Shown: positions 9,501 to 18,805, numbered from the stretch's first letter. The stretch is DNA of 64,000 bases from an uncultured bacterium (GCA_943787795.1 CALSNU010000001.1:1152001-1216000), one strand, 5' to 3'. Numbers and translations are program-made. The notes: a model not told the origin generated them from the letters alone.

Positions 9501-10166
9501 GTTGACACCGCGGGCAACGCCTCCGCCGGCTTGCTGAGCCTGGCGGTGACGTCCGACTCGACCGCTCCGACGATCACCTCTGCGACCGCCGTGATCGCCC
9601 CTGGGTTTGGCGGGGACTACGTGGACGTGGCGTTCAATGAGGCGCTCGACCCCGCGACCGCCTCGGTGAGCGCGAACTATGCCCTGACCGTCGGCGGCGA
9701 GACGCTGCGCCTCCTGGGCGTGATCCACGACAGCGAAGCGAACTCGATTCGCCTGCTGGTCGAGGACATGCCGGAGGGCAGCACCGTCGTCACGACCGTG
9801 CAGAACGTCGCGGACTTCGCGGGTAACGCCCTGGCCCTGCCGGTCGCCACACCCGCGGTCGCGGGCGGGGACGTCACGATCCCTGCGCTCGGCGGTGGGG
9901 TGATCAACCTCTGGTGGGATGCCGCCGGGACGACGGTCGACCTGCGCTTCTCCGAGGACATCGACTACGCCTTCCCCGAGGTCCTGGCGAACTGGAGCAC
10001 CTCAGGGACCGCCACCGTCACGGCGGCCGAGGCGATCGGGCTCGACCACGTGCGGCTGACGCTCTCGGCGCCGCTCGCTGTGGGCGAGACGCTGGACCTC
10101 CAGGCGGGCCTCGCTGACTCCGCTGGCAACGTGGCGGGCAGCCTCTCGATCTCGCCTTCGAACTGA
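6549..10166 (+). CDS. Large acidic lipoprotein built from tandem Ig-like (SbsA/Big_5-like) repeats; probable surface or S-layer-like protein; start uncertain (6504 or 6549)
   Basis: Hydrophobic leader with VPA-C lipobox; roughly 110-aa repeats carrying V.V.F.E....A...NY/NW and D.AGN motifs; rich in Ala, Val, Thr, Ser and Asp. Confidence 0.75.
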   Translation: MNLLSTPAAAVAALFNKVRLALLAIAVVAVPACSSSSGPDAVTTGEMVQNLTLDPAGQTIVATLQGLEGTIPTASIEASGGQSATSVTQSGATFSITFDEIVSPDHQVRFLGLSGVTEEWRPVTSSDSRETAFSVVSATQDTSDLVLGGDTISVEFYAGPRVIETEAEDIANWTLSVEGTTLDLVGSSISFDNATQVASLTLGRFANLHSSFTISCNAATVAATSVWNVTLTGAATGDAAAPTVSTVTQDLNAVSPGDEFGRVLVFDFNEPVSPIFGAQPANFTVVDHAQAQGVTMPTSVDFEAGDDSQLRVTFSRPVVPGLDQIDIDGLVDAHGNQIVAVTNSIIAGSAPANSFTSVTFETVEGAGNDRMIASTSQALDPDTAADAALWALTVGGGVGVVDLTAQTLSYDLLSRTLTVDLVFDVPNGTTGDLVASGVIEVDGEAFSVAAAQALAAGDSSSPGVSSLTQNRITDSSGKTVDVTFTEDLDPTTAQDPANYTFAPALTVNSATLMAGNLVRLQTDDVALPGDYTLSLAQVVSDPAGNDLGAPFGPAAFPSTDVAAPSAIAASGTAVEGAENDQISVLFDDVMVAAEVQNLSNWTLESPIGTPVNLAGSSVTYTAVSSAELSIATLVLDAPGAAALVRSYDLQVDFSGMRDLGGNSVLGTPVAATVVGEANRPGLEAAFINAGVGDEVTLRFSEPMRRITDLFDAVSNPAGVKYTVTDAVSGSPLTPVSVTEVDGGLGAVLSFGTVIDPASTVDVVGLVDLAGNVLFPVLASALEAEVTDVPAISSVTFLAVEGSDNDQISVTFNQPMSAWGITSAESYSCADSRPAPVALTDAAFSFDGVDTVTISLAAASNVDLQSALTYTLTLETSPTRPLRTKYGVALPISSSSPATAVTGDVTVGPSPTTSLAIVDPSSTENAFVIFSESVNATEAVYVLNYTYDGGTAATSAVLVDPRVVQVTFTGATVAPAGVVDVLASVVDTAGNASAGLLSLAVTSDSTAPTITSATAVIAPGFGGDYVDVAFNEALDPATASVSANYALTVGGETLRLLGVIHDSEANSIRLLVEDMPEGSTVVTTVQNVADFAGNALALPVATPAVAGGDVTIPALGGGVINLWWDAAGTTVDLRFSEDIDYAFPEVLANWSTSGTATVTAAEAIGLDHVRLTLSAPLAVGETLDLQAGLADSAGNVAGSLSISPSN

Positions 10167-10193
10167 TCCCGCGCGTCTGAACTTGCGCCCCAT

Positions 10194-10233
10194 GGGAGGG
10201 GGGTCGGAATCATTTTCCGGCCCCCCTTCCTTC
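10194..10233 (+). terminator. Stem-loop after the Ig-repeat gene
   Basis: GGGAGGGGGGTCGGAA / TTCCGGCCCCCCTTCC forms a 16-bp stem with G-U pairs and a short T tail. Confidence 0.55.
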
Positions 10234-10348
10234 GTGCGTGGGGGCGGAGAAGCGGCCTTCGCCCGACATCCGTGATTCCCATACAGATCCCCGTGCAGGT
10301 CGCTCGATAACCCTAGTGCCCGCTTCAAGCGGACTCTTCCTGCCAATC

Positions 10349-10903
10349 ATGATTCGAGACGCCAACTTCGAGGATCTCCGACGCTCGGCCAATCGCCGCC
10401 GGTTGGTGCACATCGTGATCGGTTCGACGGTCCTGTCCACTCTGCTGACGGTCGGCGTGACTCGGGAAGTGAAGATCTACCGGGAGGTCGGCGCCGTTCA
10501 CCCCGCTGATGTCCGCGACCTCTCTGCCCTCGAGCAGCGGAATGTGGAGCTGGAGCGTATCGCGAGGACGCATCACTTCTGGACTGGCGCGATCGGGCTG
10601 CGGGGCGAGATCTCGGACCTGACTGTCGCGATCGCCGAGCTTCGACGCGCATCAGACGCGCGTGAGGCCGAGTCTCAACGGGAAGAGGAGCGCCTCCGTG
10701 AGGAGGCGGAGCTGGAGCGTATGCGCGGCCTTGCGGCCGTGGAGCGGGGCCGGTACTCGGAGGCCTTGAGCCACTTCAAGGCGGCGCGACAGATCTCCGA
10801 TTCGGTCGGCCCGACGGGGTTCGCCGGCGGTCCGTGGAGTCATCGAGAGCAGGTGATCCTCGATATCCAGGCCCTCGAGCAGTGGGAGGCGGAGCGCCGC
10901 TGA
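10349..10903 (+). CDS. Hypothetical single-TM coiled-coil protein with a C-terminal TPR-like helix pair; first gene of the mgl-like operon
   Basis: RRRLVHIVIGSTVLSTLLTVGV TM segment, E/R-rich coil, RGLAAVERGRYSEALSHFKAA TPR-like motif; ends 10 nt before the next gene. Confidence 0.65.
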   Translation: MIRDANFEDLRRSANRRRLVHIVIGSTVLSTLLTVGVTREVKIYREVGAVHPADVRDLSALEQRNVELERIARTHHFWTGAIGLRGEISDLTVAIAELRRASDAREAESQREEERLREEAELERMRGLAAVERGRYSEALSHFKAARQISDSVGPTGFAGGPWSHREQVILDIQALEQWEAERR

Positions 10904-10913
10904 GCGAGCAGTC

Positions 10914-11978
10914 ATGGCCCTCTTGAAGAACATCTGGACCCGTGTATCGGGTTACGCCCTGGATCGTGCATCGACTCCTGAGGCGGCCGCGCGTCGGGTC
11001 CGAAAGCTCGCCGGGGGCGGGGACTACAGCGGCGCCCTGGAGGTCTGCAAGGACGCTCTTGACCGCTTCCCCGAGGACCACAAGCTCCAGCGCTTGTCTC
11101 GCGATGTGCGGCTCGCTGAGCGGGACACTCGGCGAAGCTCGCTCATGGCCGAGCTCGAGGCGACCCCCTCGGTGGATGGTTACCGCGAGCTGTGCGACCT
11201 GCTGCTGAAGCGGGGCGAGGCCGCCGGTGCGCTCGAATTCGTCGGCCGCTGGCGGCAGGTCGATTCCTCCGGAGAGCCGCTCTACTACGAGGCGGCAGCC
11301 TTCGGCGAGCTCTTCTTCGGGAACCACCTGAGCCGAGACGGGCTGCGCGCGTTCCAGCTGGCCGCGGAGGCCGGGAAGATCCGGAGGGATGACCCGCGGC
11401 CCTTCCGCCTCCAATTCGAGATCGCGCGCCGCTGTGGTGCCTGGGAAGACGCCCGCATCGCGCTCGCCCGCCTCCTCGACCTGATGCCAGGCAACCGGCT
11501 CATCGAGGGGCGCTTTCGCGGCGTGATCGCCAACTGCGCGAACTCACGATCGCTCTCGAAGGCGATCGCGGACGTCGAGCGCACTGGCCGGTTCCTGGAT
11601 GACGACCTCGACACGGATGGAACCCTCGACCGCGACCTGATCCGCCCGGGCCTGCAAGAGCTCGCTGGGCGGGATGATGTTCACGTGGCGTTCTTCCTGC
11701 GCGGCAATACTGCGCTTGTTCAGGGAGCCCAGGGGACGGCGGCTGATCGATCGGCGCGGGCCGTCCGAGATGTCCTGTCCATGACGCGGAGTTCGTCGCG
11801 GAAGCTCTTGCTGGGCGTTCCGGTGGAGCTGCGCTGTGAGGGGTCCGGTGGGTCGCTGGTCTTGAAGGCGGGCGATGAAGGCACGGCCGCGGTCTGGGCC
11901 GCGCGCAGCCTGACCGAGACATCGAGCCGACTCATGTCCGAGCTTTCGAGCGGATCCGTTGTGGAGAAGGCCGCATGA
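10914..11978 (+). CDS. TPR-repeat protein with a C-terminal roadblock/LC7-like domain
   Basis: TPR-like units (GDYSGALEVCKDALDRFPED; GAWEDARIALARLLDLMPGN); the last ~110 aa show a roadblock-like pattern (LQELAGRDDVHVAFFL...KLLLGVPVELRCEGSGGSLVL). Confidence 0.65.
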   Translation: MALLKNIWTRVSGYALDRASTPEAAARRVRKLAGGGDYSGALEVCKDALDRFPEDHKLQRLSRDVRLAERDTRRSSLMAELEATPSVDGYRELCDLLLKRGEAAGALEFVGRWRQVDSSGEPLYYEAAAFGELFFGNHLSRDGLRAFQLAAEAGKIRRDDPRPFRLQFEIARRCGAWEDARIALARLLDLMPGNRLIEGRFRGVIANCANSRSLSKAIADVERTGRFLDDDLDTDGTLDRDLIRPGLQELAGRDDVHVAFFLRGNTALVQGAQGTAADRSARAVRDVLSMTRSSSRKLLLGVPVELRCEGSGGSLVLKAGDEGTAAVWAARSLTETSSRLMSELSSGSVVEKAA

Positions 11979-12607
11979 TGAAGGACGTCCTGGATTCGGT
12001 GACGAGCCAGCAAGGGGTTCGCCTGGCCGCGATCTTCAGCAACGAGGGCGTGCCCCTCTGCATTCTCGAGGCCGACAGCATCGCTGGCGGTTGGGTTGAC
12101 ATCACCACTGGCTCGACCGTCGCGGTCGACGCCGAGCGCCAGCAGGTGGACGCGGCGTCTATCGTGGCCTTCGCAGCGAGCTGGGTCGAGGACCTCGCCC
12201 GGACGAGTGGGGGGGCCGGCTGGGACTTCGAGAAGCGCTTCTCCATGATCGCCACAGAGGGGGCGCTTGTGGTGCAGCTTGGTCCCGGTGCCAATGTCCT
12301 CGCGGTGCTTGAGCCCGGTGCGGACCCCCAGAGCGTTCACTTCCCCATGGATGTCGCGGTTGAGCGCCTTCATCGGCTGCTCCGCGAAATGGGCCGATCC
12401 GAACAGGAGCAACCGCCCGCGCCGATCGCGGGCGTTCAAACGGAGAGCGAGGGGGCCGCCAGCGCGGCTGGATCCTCGAAGCCGAGCGGAACGGTTCCGC
12501 TCGGGCAACTGATGACCAACACCGTCAGTGAGCCGGGCGCGGCCGCTGACGTCCCGACGGCTGGCGCCGTCAACAACGCAACCAACAGATCCTCGGGAGA
12601 CCACTGA
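11975..12607 (+). CDS. Roadblock/LC7 domain protein with a disordered C-terminal tail
   Basis: MKDVLDSVTSQQGVRLAAIFSNEGVPL N-terminus and MIATEGALVVQLGPGANVLAVL strands are typical of the roadblock fold; ATGA overlap with the upstream gene. Confidence 0.7.
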   Translation: MMKDVLDSVTSQQGVRLAAIFSNEGVPLCILEADSIAGGWVDITTGSTVAVDAERQQVDAASIVAFAASWVEDLARTSGGAGWDFEKRFSMIATEGALVVQLGPGANVLAVLEPGADPQSVHFPMDVAVERLHRLLREMGRSEQEQPPAPIAGVQTESEGAASAAGSSKPSGTVPLGQLMTNTVSEPGAAADVPTAGAVNNATNRSSGDH

Positions 12608-12608
12608 G

Positions 12609-13934
12609 ATGGTTCAGATCAACTTTGCTCAGAAGAGCGTGACGGTGAAGATCGTCTACTACGGCCCCGGCATGTCCGGAAAGACCACCAACCTCGAGAT
12701 CGTCCATCAGCGGGCGCCCGAGTCCAACAAGGGGGATCTGACCAGCATCTCGACGGACGGCGATCGAACGCTGTTCTTCGACTTCATGCCCCTGGACCTG
12801 GGGACGGTGGCGGGGATGCGGACGCAGTTCCAGCTCTACACGGTTCCTGGCCAGGTCTACTACAACTCGACGCGCAAGCTAGTGTTGCAGGGCGTGGACG
12901 GTGTCATCTTCATCGCTGACTCCAGCGGCTCGATGATGGATGAGAACCTGGAGTCTCTCCGCAACCTGGAGGAGAACCTCCGGGAGTACGGGAAGGACAT
13001 CTCCACCATCCCGATGGTGATCCAATACAACAAGCGCGACCTGCCGGACGCGCTCTCTGTCGAGGAGTTGGAGGCCAAGATCAACCGCTACGGCGCCCCC
13101 TCGTTCGAGGGCATCGCGAGCTCAGGCCAAGGCGTCTTTCCGACGCTGAAGTCCCTCGCAGCGAGCGTGCTCGACACGATCCATGAGCAGACAGGCGCGG
13201 CGAGCGCTGGCCGTCCGGCGACCGCCCCCGCGGCAGTACAGCCCGCCGCAGTGCAGCCCGCCGCAGTGCAGCCCGCGGCCCCGCTTCCGGCGCCCGCGGC
13301 CGCCGCGCCTGCCCCGCAGCAGCCACCCGCCGTTCCCGCCTTGGCGGGGCAGGGGCAGCAGGGTGCTGCGGCGCTGGGGACGCCGCCCCAGCCAGCTGGC
13401 GCTGCACCGATGATGTCGATGCCGCCCACCGCCCCGGCTCCACAGGCTCCTGCAGCTCAGGCCCCCGCTGCCCAGGCCCCCGCTGCCCCGGCCCAGCCCG
13501 CCCAGGCTTCGGCGCCGACCGCCCCGGCGGAGGGGCTGCGCCTCGCGGAAAGTCGTCCTGCATCCGCCGCTCCGGCTCCCATGAGCCCGCCGGCCATGCC
13601 CGCCTCACCCCCCGCTTCGGCGATCCCGATGGCTCCGACCCCGCCCCCTGCGTCCTCGCCGCCTCAGGCGCCGGCCGCCAACAGGGGCGCGACGGCTCGG
13701 GCCTATGCGCCCACGGTCGCAGGTCAGCCAGGCCCCGGCGCCTCGGTGCCCGGGCCTCGCGCAGGCAGCACGGCGCCTTCCGGACGCCTTCGCCCGCGCG
13801 GCGCCTCCACTCGGGCCATGTCGGCGACGCCTCAGCAGTCGGCCAGGAAATCCACGTTCATCACCGCCGCCGTGGTCGTCGTCGCTGTTGCGGCGGGGAT
13901 CGCGATCGGCGGAGCCGTGTTCAACCTTATCTGA
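12609..13934 (+). CDS. mglA: MglA-family small Ras-like GTPase with a Pro/Ala/Gln-rich extension and C-terminal TM helix
   Basis: KIVYYGPGMSGKTTNL, DRTLFFDF, LYTVPGQVYY..TRKLVL.GVDG, QYNKRDLP; about 220 aa of low-complexity linker; ends RKSTFITAAVVVVAVAAGIAIGGAVFNLI. Confidence 0.95.
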   Translation: MVQINFAQKSVTVKIVYYGPGMSGKTTNLEIVHQRAPESNKGDLTSISTDGDRTLFFDFMPLDLGTVAGMRTQFQLYTVPGQVYYNSTRKLVLQGVDGVIFIADSSGSMMDENLESLRNLEENLREYGKDISTIPMVIQYNKRDLPDALSVEELEAKINRYGAPSFEGIASSGQGVFPTLKSLAASVLDTIHEQTGAASAGRPATAPAAVQPAAVQPAAVQPAAPLPAPAAAAPAPQQPPAVPALAGQGQQGAAALGTPPQPAGAAPMMSMPPTAPAPQAPAAQAPAAQAPAAPAQPAQASAPTAPAEGLRLAESRPASAAPAPMSPPAMPASPPASAIPMAPTPPPASSPPQAPAANRGATARAYAPTVAGQPGPGASVPGPRAGSTAPSGRLRPRGASTRAMSATPQQSARKSTFITAAVVVVAVAAGIAIGGAVFNLI

Positions 13935-13942
13935 GGGGCTCC

Positions 13943-14446
13943 ATGCGTATCTCGGATGAGAACCTCCGGCAGGGCCGGCTCGTGTTCTACGAGCAGGACG
14001 TCTGCCGACTCGACGGGGAGCTCGACGGCTTCCTCGAATTCTCCGGTGCCCGATGCGCGGTCCTGATTGACCGTGAGGGGCACCTGGTGACCCGCCGTGG
14101 CGATACCGCTTCTGCCAACCTCGACTCGCTATCGGCGCTCATGGCCGGCAGCTTCGCGGCGACCAAGGAGATCGCTCATCAGCTCGGCGAGGAGAGCTTC
14201 AGCACGCTGCTGCACCAGGGCGATCAGCAGAGCATTCAGGTTTCGATCGTGGGAGAGCGGACGCTCTTCTGCGTGGTCTGGGATGAGCGAAGCAACTTCG
14301 GCCTCGTTCGGTTCTACGCCCAGGAGACGACGAAGCGGCTCGAGCAGATCTTCAAGGAGATGTCAGATCGCACGGAAAACCCGAGCGTGAGCCTGTCGGA
14401 CGGATACTCCGACGAGGCGGCAGCTGCGCTCGACGATCTCTTCTGA
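13943..14446 (+). CDS. mglB: MglB-family roadblock/LC7 protein (putative GAP of MglA)
   Basis: LVFYEQD, VLIDREGHLV, SLSALMAGSFAATKEIA..LGEESF..LLHQG, NFGLVR and C-terminal LDDLF match the Myxococcus MglB pattern; GAGG RBS. Confidence 0.9.
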   Translation: MRISDENLRQGRLVFYEQDVCRLDGELDGFLEFSGARCAVLIDREGHLVTRRGDTASANLDSLSALMAGSFAATKEIAHQLGEESFSTLLHQGDQQSIQVSIVGERTLFCVVWDERSNFGLVRFYAQETTKRLEQIFKEMSDRTENPSVSLSDGYSDEAAAALDDLF

Positions 14447-14876
14447 CCCGCACTGCCCCGTCTGATCCGCGCTGGCTCTTCTGATTCGCACGGGCTCCTG
14501 ATCACTCGAGCGGGTCCCCGCTGCCGAGCTTCGGCTCCGAGTCGGCTTGGTGGATCCTGGAAAGCGCGGTCTCCTGGGCCGAAAAGTCGACCTCAATGAG
14601 GGCGCACTCGCGGGACGCGAGCGCGCCCTCTGTCGTTGAATCGCACGCGCGGCGTTGCGGTGACGTGCGCGCAAGCTCCTTTATTTTCAACGCTTGGGGC
14701 GGCGTTCTTGGAAATCCACCATTGCGGTCGGAAAACGCTCCGGATTTACGCGGAGATTTGAGACAGGTCACCCATAGACGCGTCGATGGACGCACCGATG
14801 TCGTGGTTTCCCCTCGCGCTCGCTTCGAGCGCGAACCATCCCCCCAGGGCCTCACGGTCCAAGGAGAACCACTCAA

Positions 14877-15254
14877 ATGGCAAAGAAGAAAGCCACCCGC
14901 AAGAAGGCGACCAAGAAGGCCGCCAAGAAGAAGGTCGCCAAGAAGAAGGTGACCAAGAAGAAGGCCGCCAAGAAGGCGACCAAGAAAAAGGCCACCAAGA
15001 AGAAGGCGACCAAGAAGGCCGCCAAGAAGAAGGTGACCAAGAAGAAGGCCACCAAGAAGAAGGCGACCAAGAAGGCCGCCAAGAAGAAGGTGACCAAGAA
15101 GAAGGCCGCCAAGAAGAAGGTCGCCAAGAAGAAGGCGACCAAGAAGAAGGCCACCAAGAAGAAGGCCACCAAGAAGGCCGCCAAGAAGAAGGTGACCAAG
15201 AAGAAGGCCACCAAGAAGAAGGCGGCCAAGAAGAAGGCCACGCGCCGCCGCTGA
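14877..15254 (+). CDS. Histone H1-like, lysine-rich repetitive DNA-binding protein
   Basis: 125 aa of KKKAT/KKAA/KKKVT repeats, over half Lys, no acidic residues; AAGGAG RBS upstream. Confidence 0.85.
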   Translation: MAKKKATRKKATKKAAKKKVAKKKVTKKKAAKKATKKKATKKKATKKAAKKKVTKKKATKKKATKKAAKKKVTKKKAAKKKVAKKKATKKKATKKKATKKAAKKKVTKKKATKKKAAKKKATRRR

Positions 15255-15577
15255 TCTTCCAGCCCCGGTCCTCACTCGACACGCAACGGCGTCCGGCTGC
15301 GCAACTGCGCTTCATCGCCGGGCTCCCGCGAGTTGCCTCGCCCCTCAGGGTCTTCGCTCCACCGCACAGGAGAGCGAGCGTCTGGGGTCGGACAGCAGCG
15401 CGCGCTGACGAGAGTGGGCAGGTGGTTCACCCCGCCCGCGCTGCGCGCTGATGGACCCCAGGGACATCACGCCCCGTAGCGAGAAGAGGGGATCGGAGCA
15501 AAGACTCAGCGAATGCGCCCCCGCCGGCCGCGGGATCATCTGGTGTGGATGGTCTCACGAATCGGTACCGAACGACG

Positions 15578-15616
15578 AGGCGGCCCCATCCCTGCAGGGG
15601 GTGGGGCCGCCTTTCT
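15578..15616. terminator. Stem-loop between the convergent histone-like gene and metG
   Basis: AGGCGGCCCCATCCCT / GGGGGTGGGGCCGCCT, followed by TTCTC. Confidence 0.6.
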
Positions 15617-15697
15617 CATGGACGGAGTCGACCTCGGCGGCTGATCTGATGCCAGGTCGGGGCGGGCCGCGGACTGTCCCCGGCTCAAGCCCTAGAG

Positions 15698-17374
15698 TCA
15701 GGCCTCTGATTCAGGAAGTTGGACCCTCGGGAAGAGGGCCTCGGGCGTCCCGAGGGCTGCCCCGGCGTCGAGGCCCCGCCAGGTTCCGGCCTGCGGTAGG
15801 CCCGGCCAGGGCTGGCTGGCGACCTCGTCGGTCTTGCCGAGCATCTCCCATAGCTGCTGCGCCTTGGTCGGCATGAAGGGCGCCATCCATCGAGCCTGCC
15901 AGCTCAGCCACTCGCAGAGGGTGTTGAGGGCGGAGGCCGCCTTCTCCGGGTCTTCCTTGCGGAGCGCCCACGGGGCTATCCTGTCCACGAAGATATTGGC
16001 GACCGTGGCGTTGGCCACGACGGCTTCGGCAGCGCGGCGGAAGCGGAATTCTCGTACGTGGGCGGCGGGGTCTTCGATCGGCCCGCACTCCTCCAGGATC
16101 AGTCGATCCATCTCCTCGCGGTGCGGGTCATGCAGCGTCGGGATCACGGCATCGAAGTTCTTGGCGATGAACTTCAGGACCCGCGTCGCTAGGTTGCCGA
16201 TCGTGCCGGCGAGGGATGTGTTGGCGGTCTGGACGAACTGCTCCAGGGAGAACTCCGAGTCCGCCGTCTCCGGCATGGTCGAGCACAGGTAGAACCGCGT
16301 CGTGTCCACGTCCCACTCCTTGGCGAACTCCACGACGTCGAAGGCGTTGCCGCCCGAGGTCGAGAACTTGCCGCCCTTGAGGTTGTAGAACTCATTGGCC
16401 GGTACCGCGGAGGGGAGGACGTAGCCGTCCTTCACCCCGTGGAGCATTGAGGGGAAGACCAGGCAGTGGAAGGGGATGTTGTCCTTCCCGATGAAGTGCA
16501 CCAGCTGGGTGTCCTCGCCCTGCCACCAGTCCTTCCACGCCTCAGGGGTTCCTCGCTCCCGCATGAGCTCCTTGGTAAAGCTGACATACCCGATGGGCGC
16601 GTCGAACCAGACGTAGAGCACCTTGCCCTCTCCAGCATCGCCGACCTCGGGGGGCAGGCTGACGCCCCAGCTCATGTCCCGCGTGATCGCGCGCTCGGGG
16701 ACATCCTCGAGGAGGTTCTCAATGAACTTCTCCACGTTGGCCTTCCACTCGTGGTCGCGGATCCAGGCCCCAATCTTCTCGTCTCGAAGTTTGGGGAGGT
16801 CCAGATACCAGTGGGTGGTGGTCCGCTGTTCCGGGGTGGAGCCGCAGATCTTGCAGCGCGGGTCCTTGAACTCGAGCGGGTCGATCCAGGTACCGCAGCT
16901 CGGGCACTCGTCGCCGCGTGCGCCGTCGGCACCGCACTTGTAGCAGGTCCCCTCCACGTACCGGTCCGCAAGGAACATGTCGTCATGAACGCAGAAGAGC
17001 TGCTTGGTCTGCCGCTCCGCCAGGTAGCCGTTCTCCAGCAGTCGAGAGAAGAACTCGCGGGACGAGTCGGCGTGCTCGGGGCACGTGCTCGTCCCGGAGA
17101 CCACGTCGTAGCGGATGTCCAGCGCGTCGAACGTGGCGCGCATGTTGCCGTTCCAGCGCGCCACGTAGGAGGCGTAGTCCTCGCCCGCCTTCTCCGCCGA
17201 GATCGTGATGGCGACCCCGTGATCGTCCGATCCTGAGACGGCGAGCACGTCCTCTCCGCACATTCTGAGGGTGCGGACATAGACGTCCGCGGGCAGGTAA
17301 GCGCCGGCGATATGACCGAAGTGAAGCGGCCCGTTGGCGTACAGGAGGGCCGAAGTGACGATGGTGCGGGCCAC
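15698..17374 (-). CDS. metG: Methionyl-tRNA synthetase, short form without the C-terminal tRNA-binding domain
   Basis: YANGPLHFGH, Zn knuckles (CYKC, CPSC, CKIC), YVWFDAPIGY, FIGKDNIPFH, KFSTS. Confidence 0.97.
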   Translation of the reverse strand: MARTIVTSALLYANGPLHFGHIAGAYLPADVYVRTLRMCGEDVLAVSGSDDHGVAITISAEKAGEDYASYVARWNGNMRATFDALDIRYDVVSGTSTCPEHADSSREFFSRLLENGYLAERQTKQLFCVHDDMFLADRYVEGTCYKCGADGARGDECPSCGTWIDPLEFKDPRCKICGSTPEQRTTTHWYLDLPKLRDEKIGAWIRDHEWKANVEKFIENLLEDVPERAITRDMSWGVSLPPEVGDAGEGKVLYVWFDAPIGYVSFTKELMRERGTPEAWKDWWQGEDTQLVHFIGKDNIPFHCLVFPSMLHGVKDGYVLPSAVPANEFYNLKGGKFSTSGGNAFDVVEFAKEWDVDTTRFYLCSTMPETADSEFSLEQFVQTANTSLAGTIGNLATRVLKFIAKNFDAVIPTLHDPHREEMDRLILEECGPIEDPAAHVREFRFRRAAEAVVANATVANIFVDRIAPWALRKEDPEKAASALNTLCEWLSWQARWMAPFMPTKAQQLWEMLGKTDEVASQPWPGLPQAGTWRGLDAGAALGTPEALFPRVQLPESEA

Positions 17375-17606
17375 GGTGCTGCTGGTTGGCGCTAGGGGGG
17401 GGCGGGGGGATCAAGACTGCGACACCCGGTCTCGGACGCCCGAAATCGGCGGGCGGGGGAGGGGAGGACGCGGTGCGGAAGACTAAGATCTTCCGCCTCT
17501 GAACACCGCCACCGATCCCGCGGTCCGGTTCAGACCCGCTGGATTTCCCATCCAGGCAGACGTTGTCACCCCCAGAACACCCGGGCCCCATTCCGCCCGA
17601 ACACGC

Positions 17607-18776
<1,170 letters not shown>

Positions 18777-18805
18777 CTCAGGCGCGCCCGCCGGGCGCGC
18801 CCTGA

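Noticed and set aside
14502..15451. Repetitive ORFs in other frames and strands over the histone-like gene (MAFFLAAFF..., WPSSW..., QEEGDQ...)
   Set aside because: They are shadows of the AAG-rich repeat; only the Lys-rich frame has an RBS and a known protein type.
15400..15460. CTGACGAG within a stem as a hammerhead ribozyme core
   Set aside because: There is no GAAA after the putative stem II, so the conserved core is incomplete.
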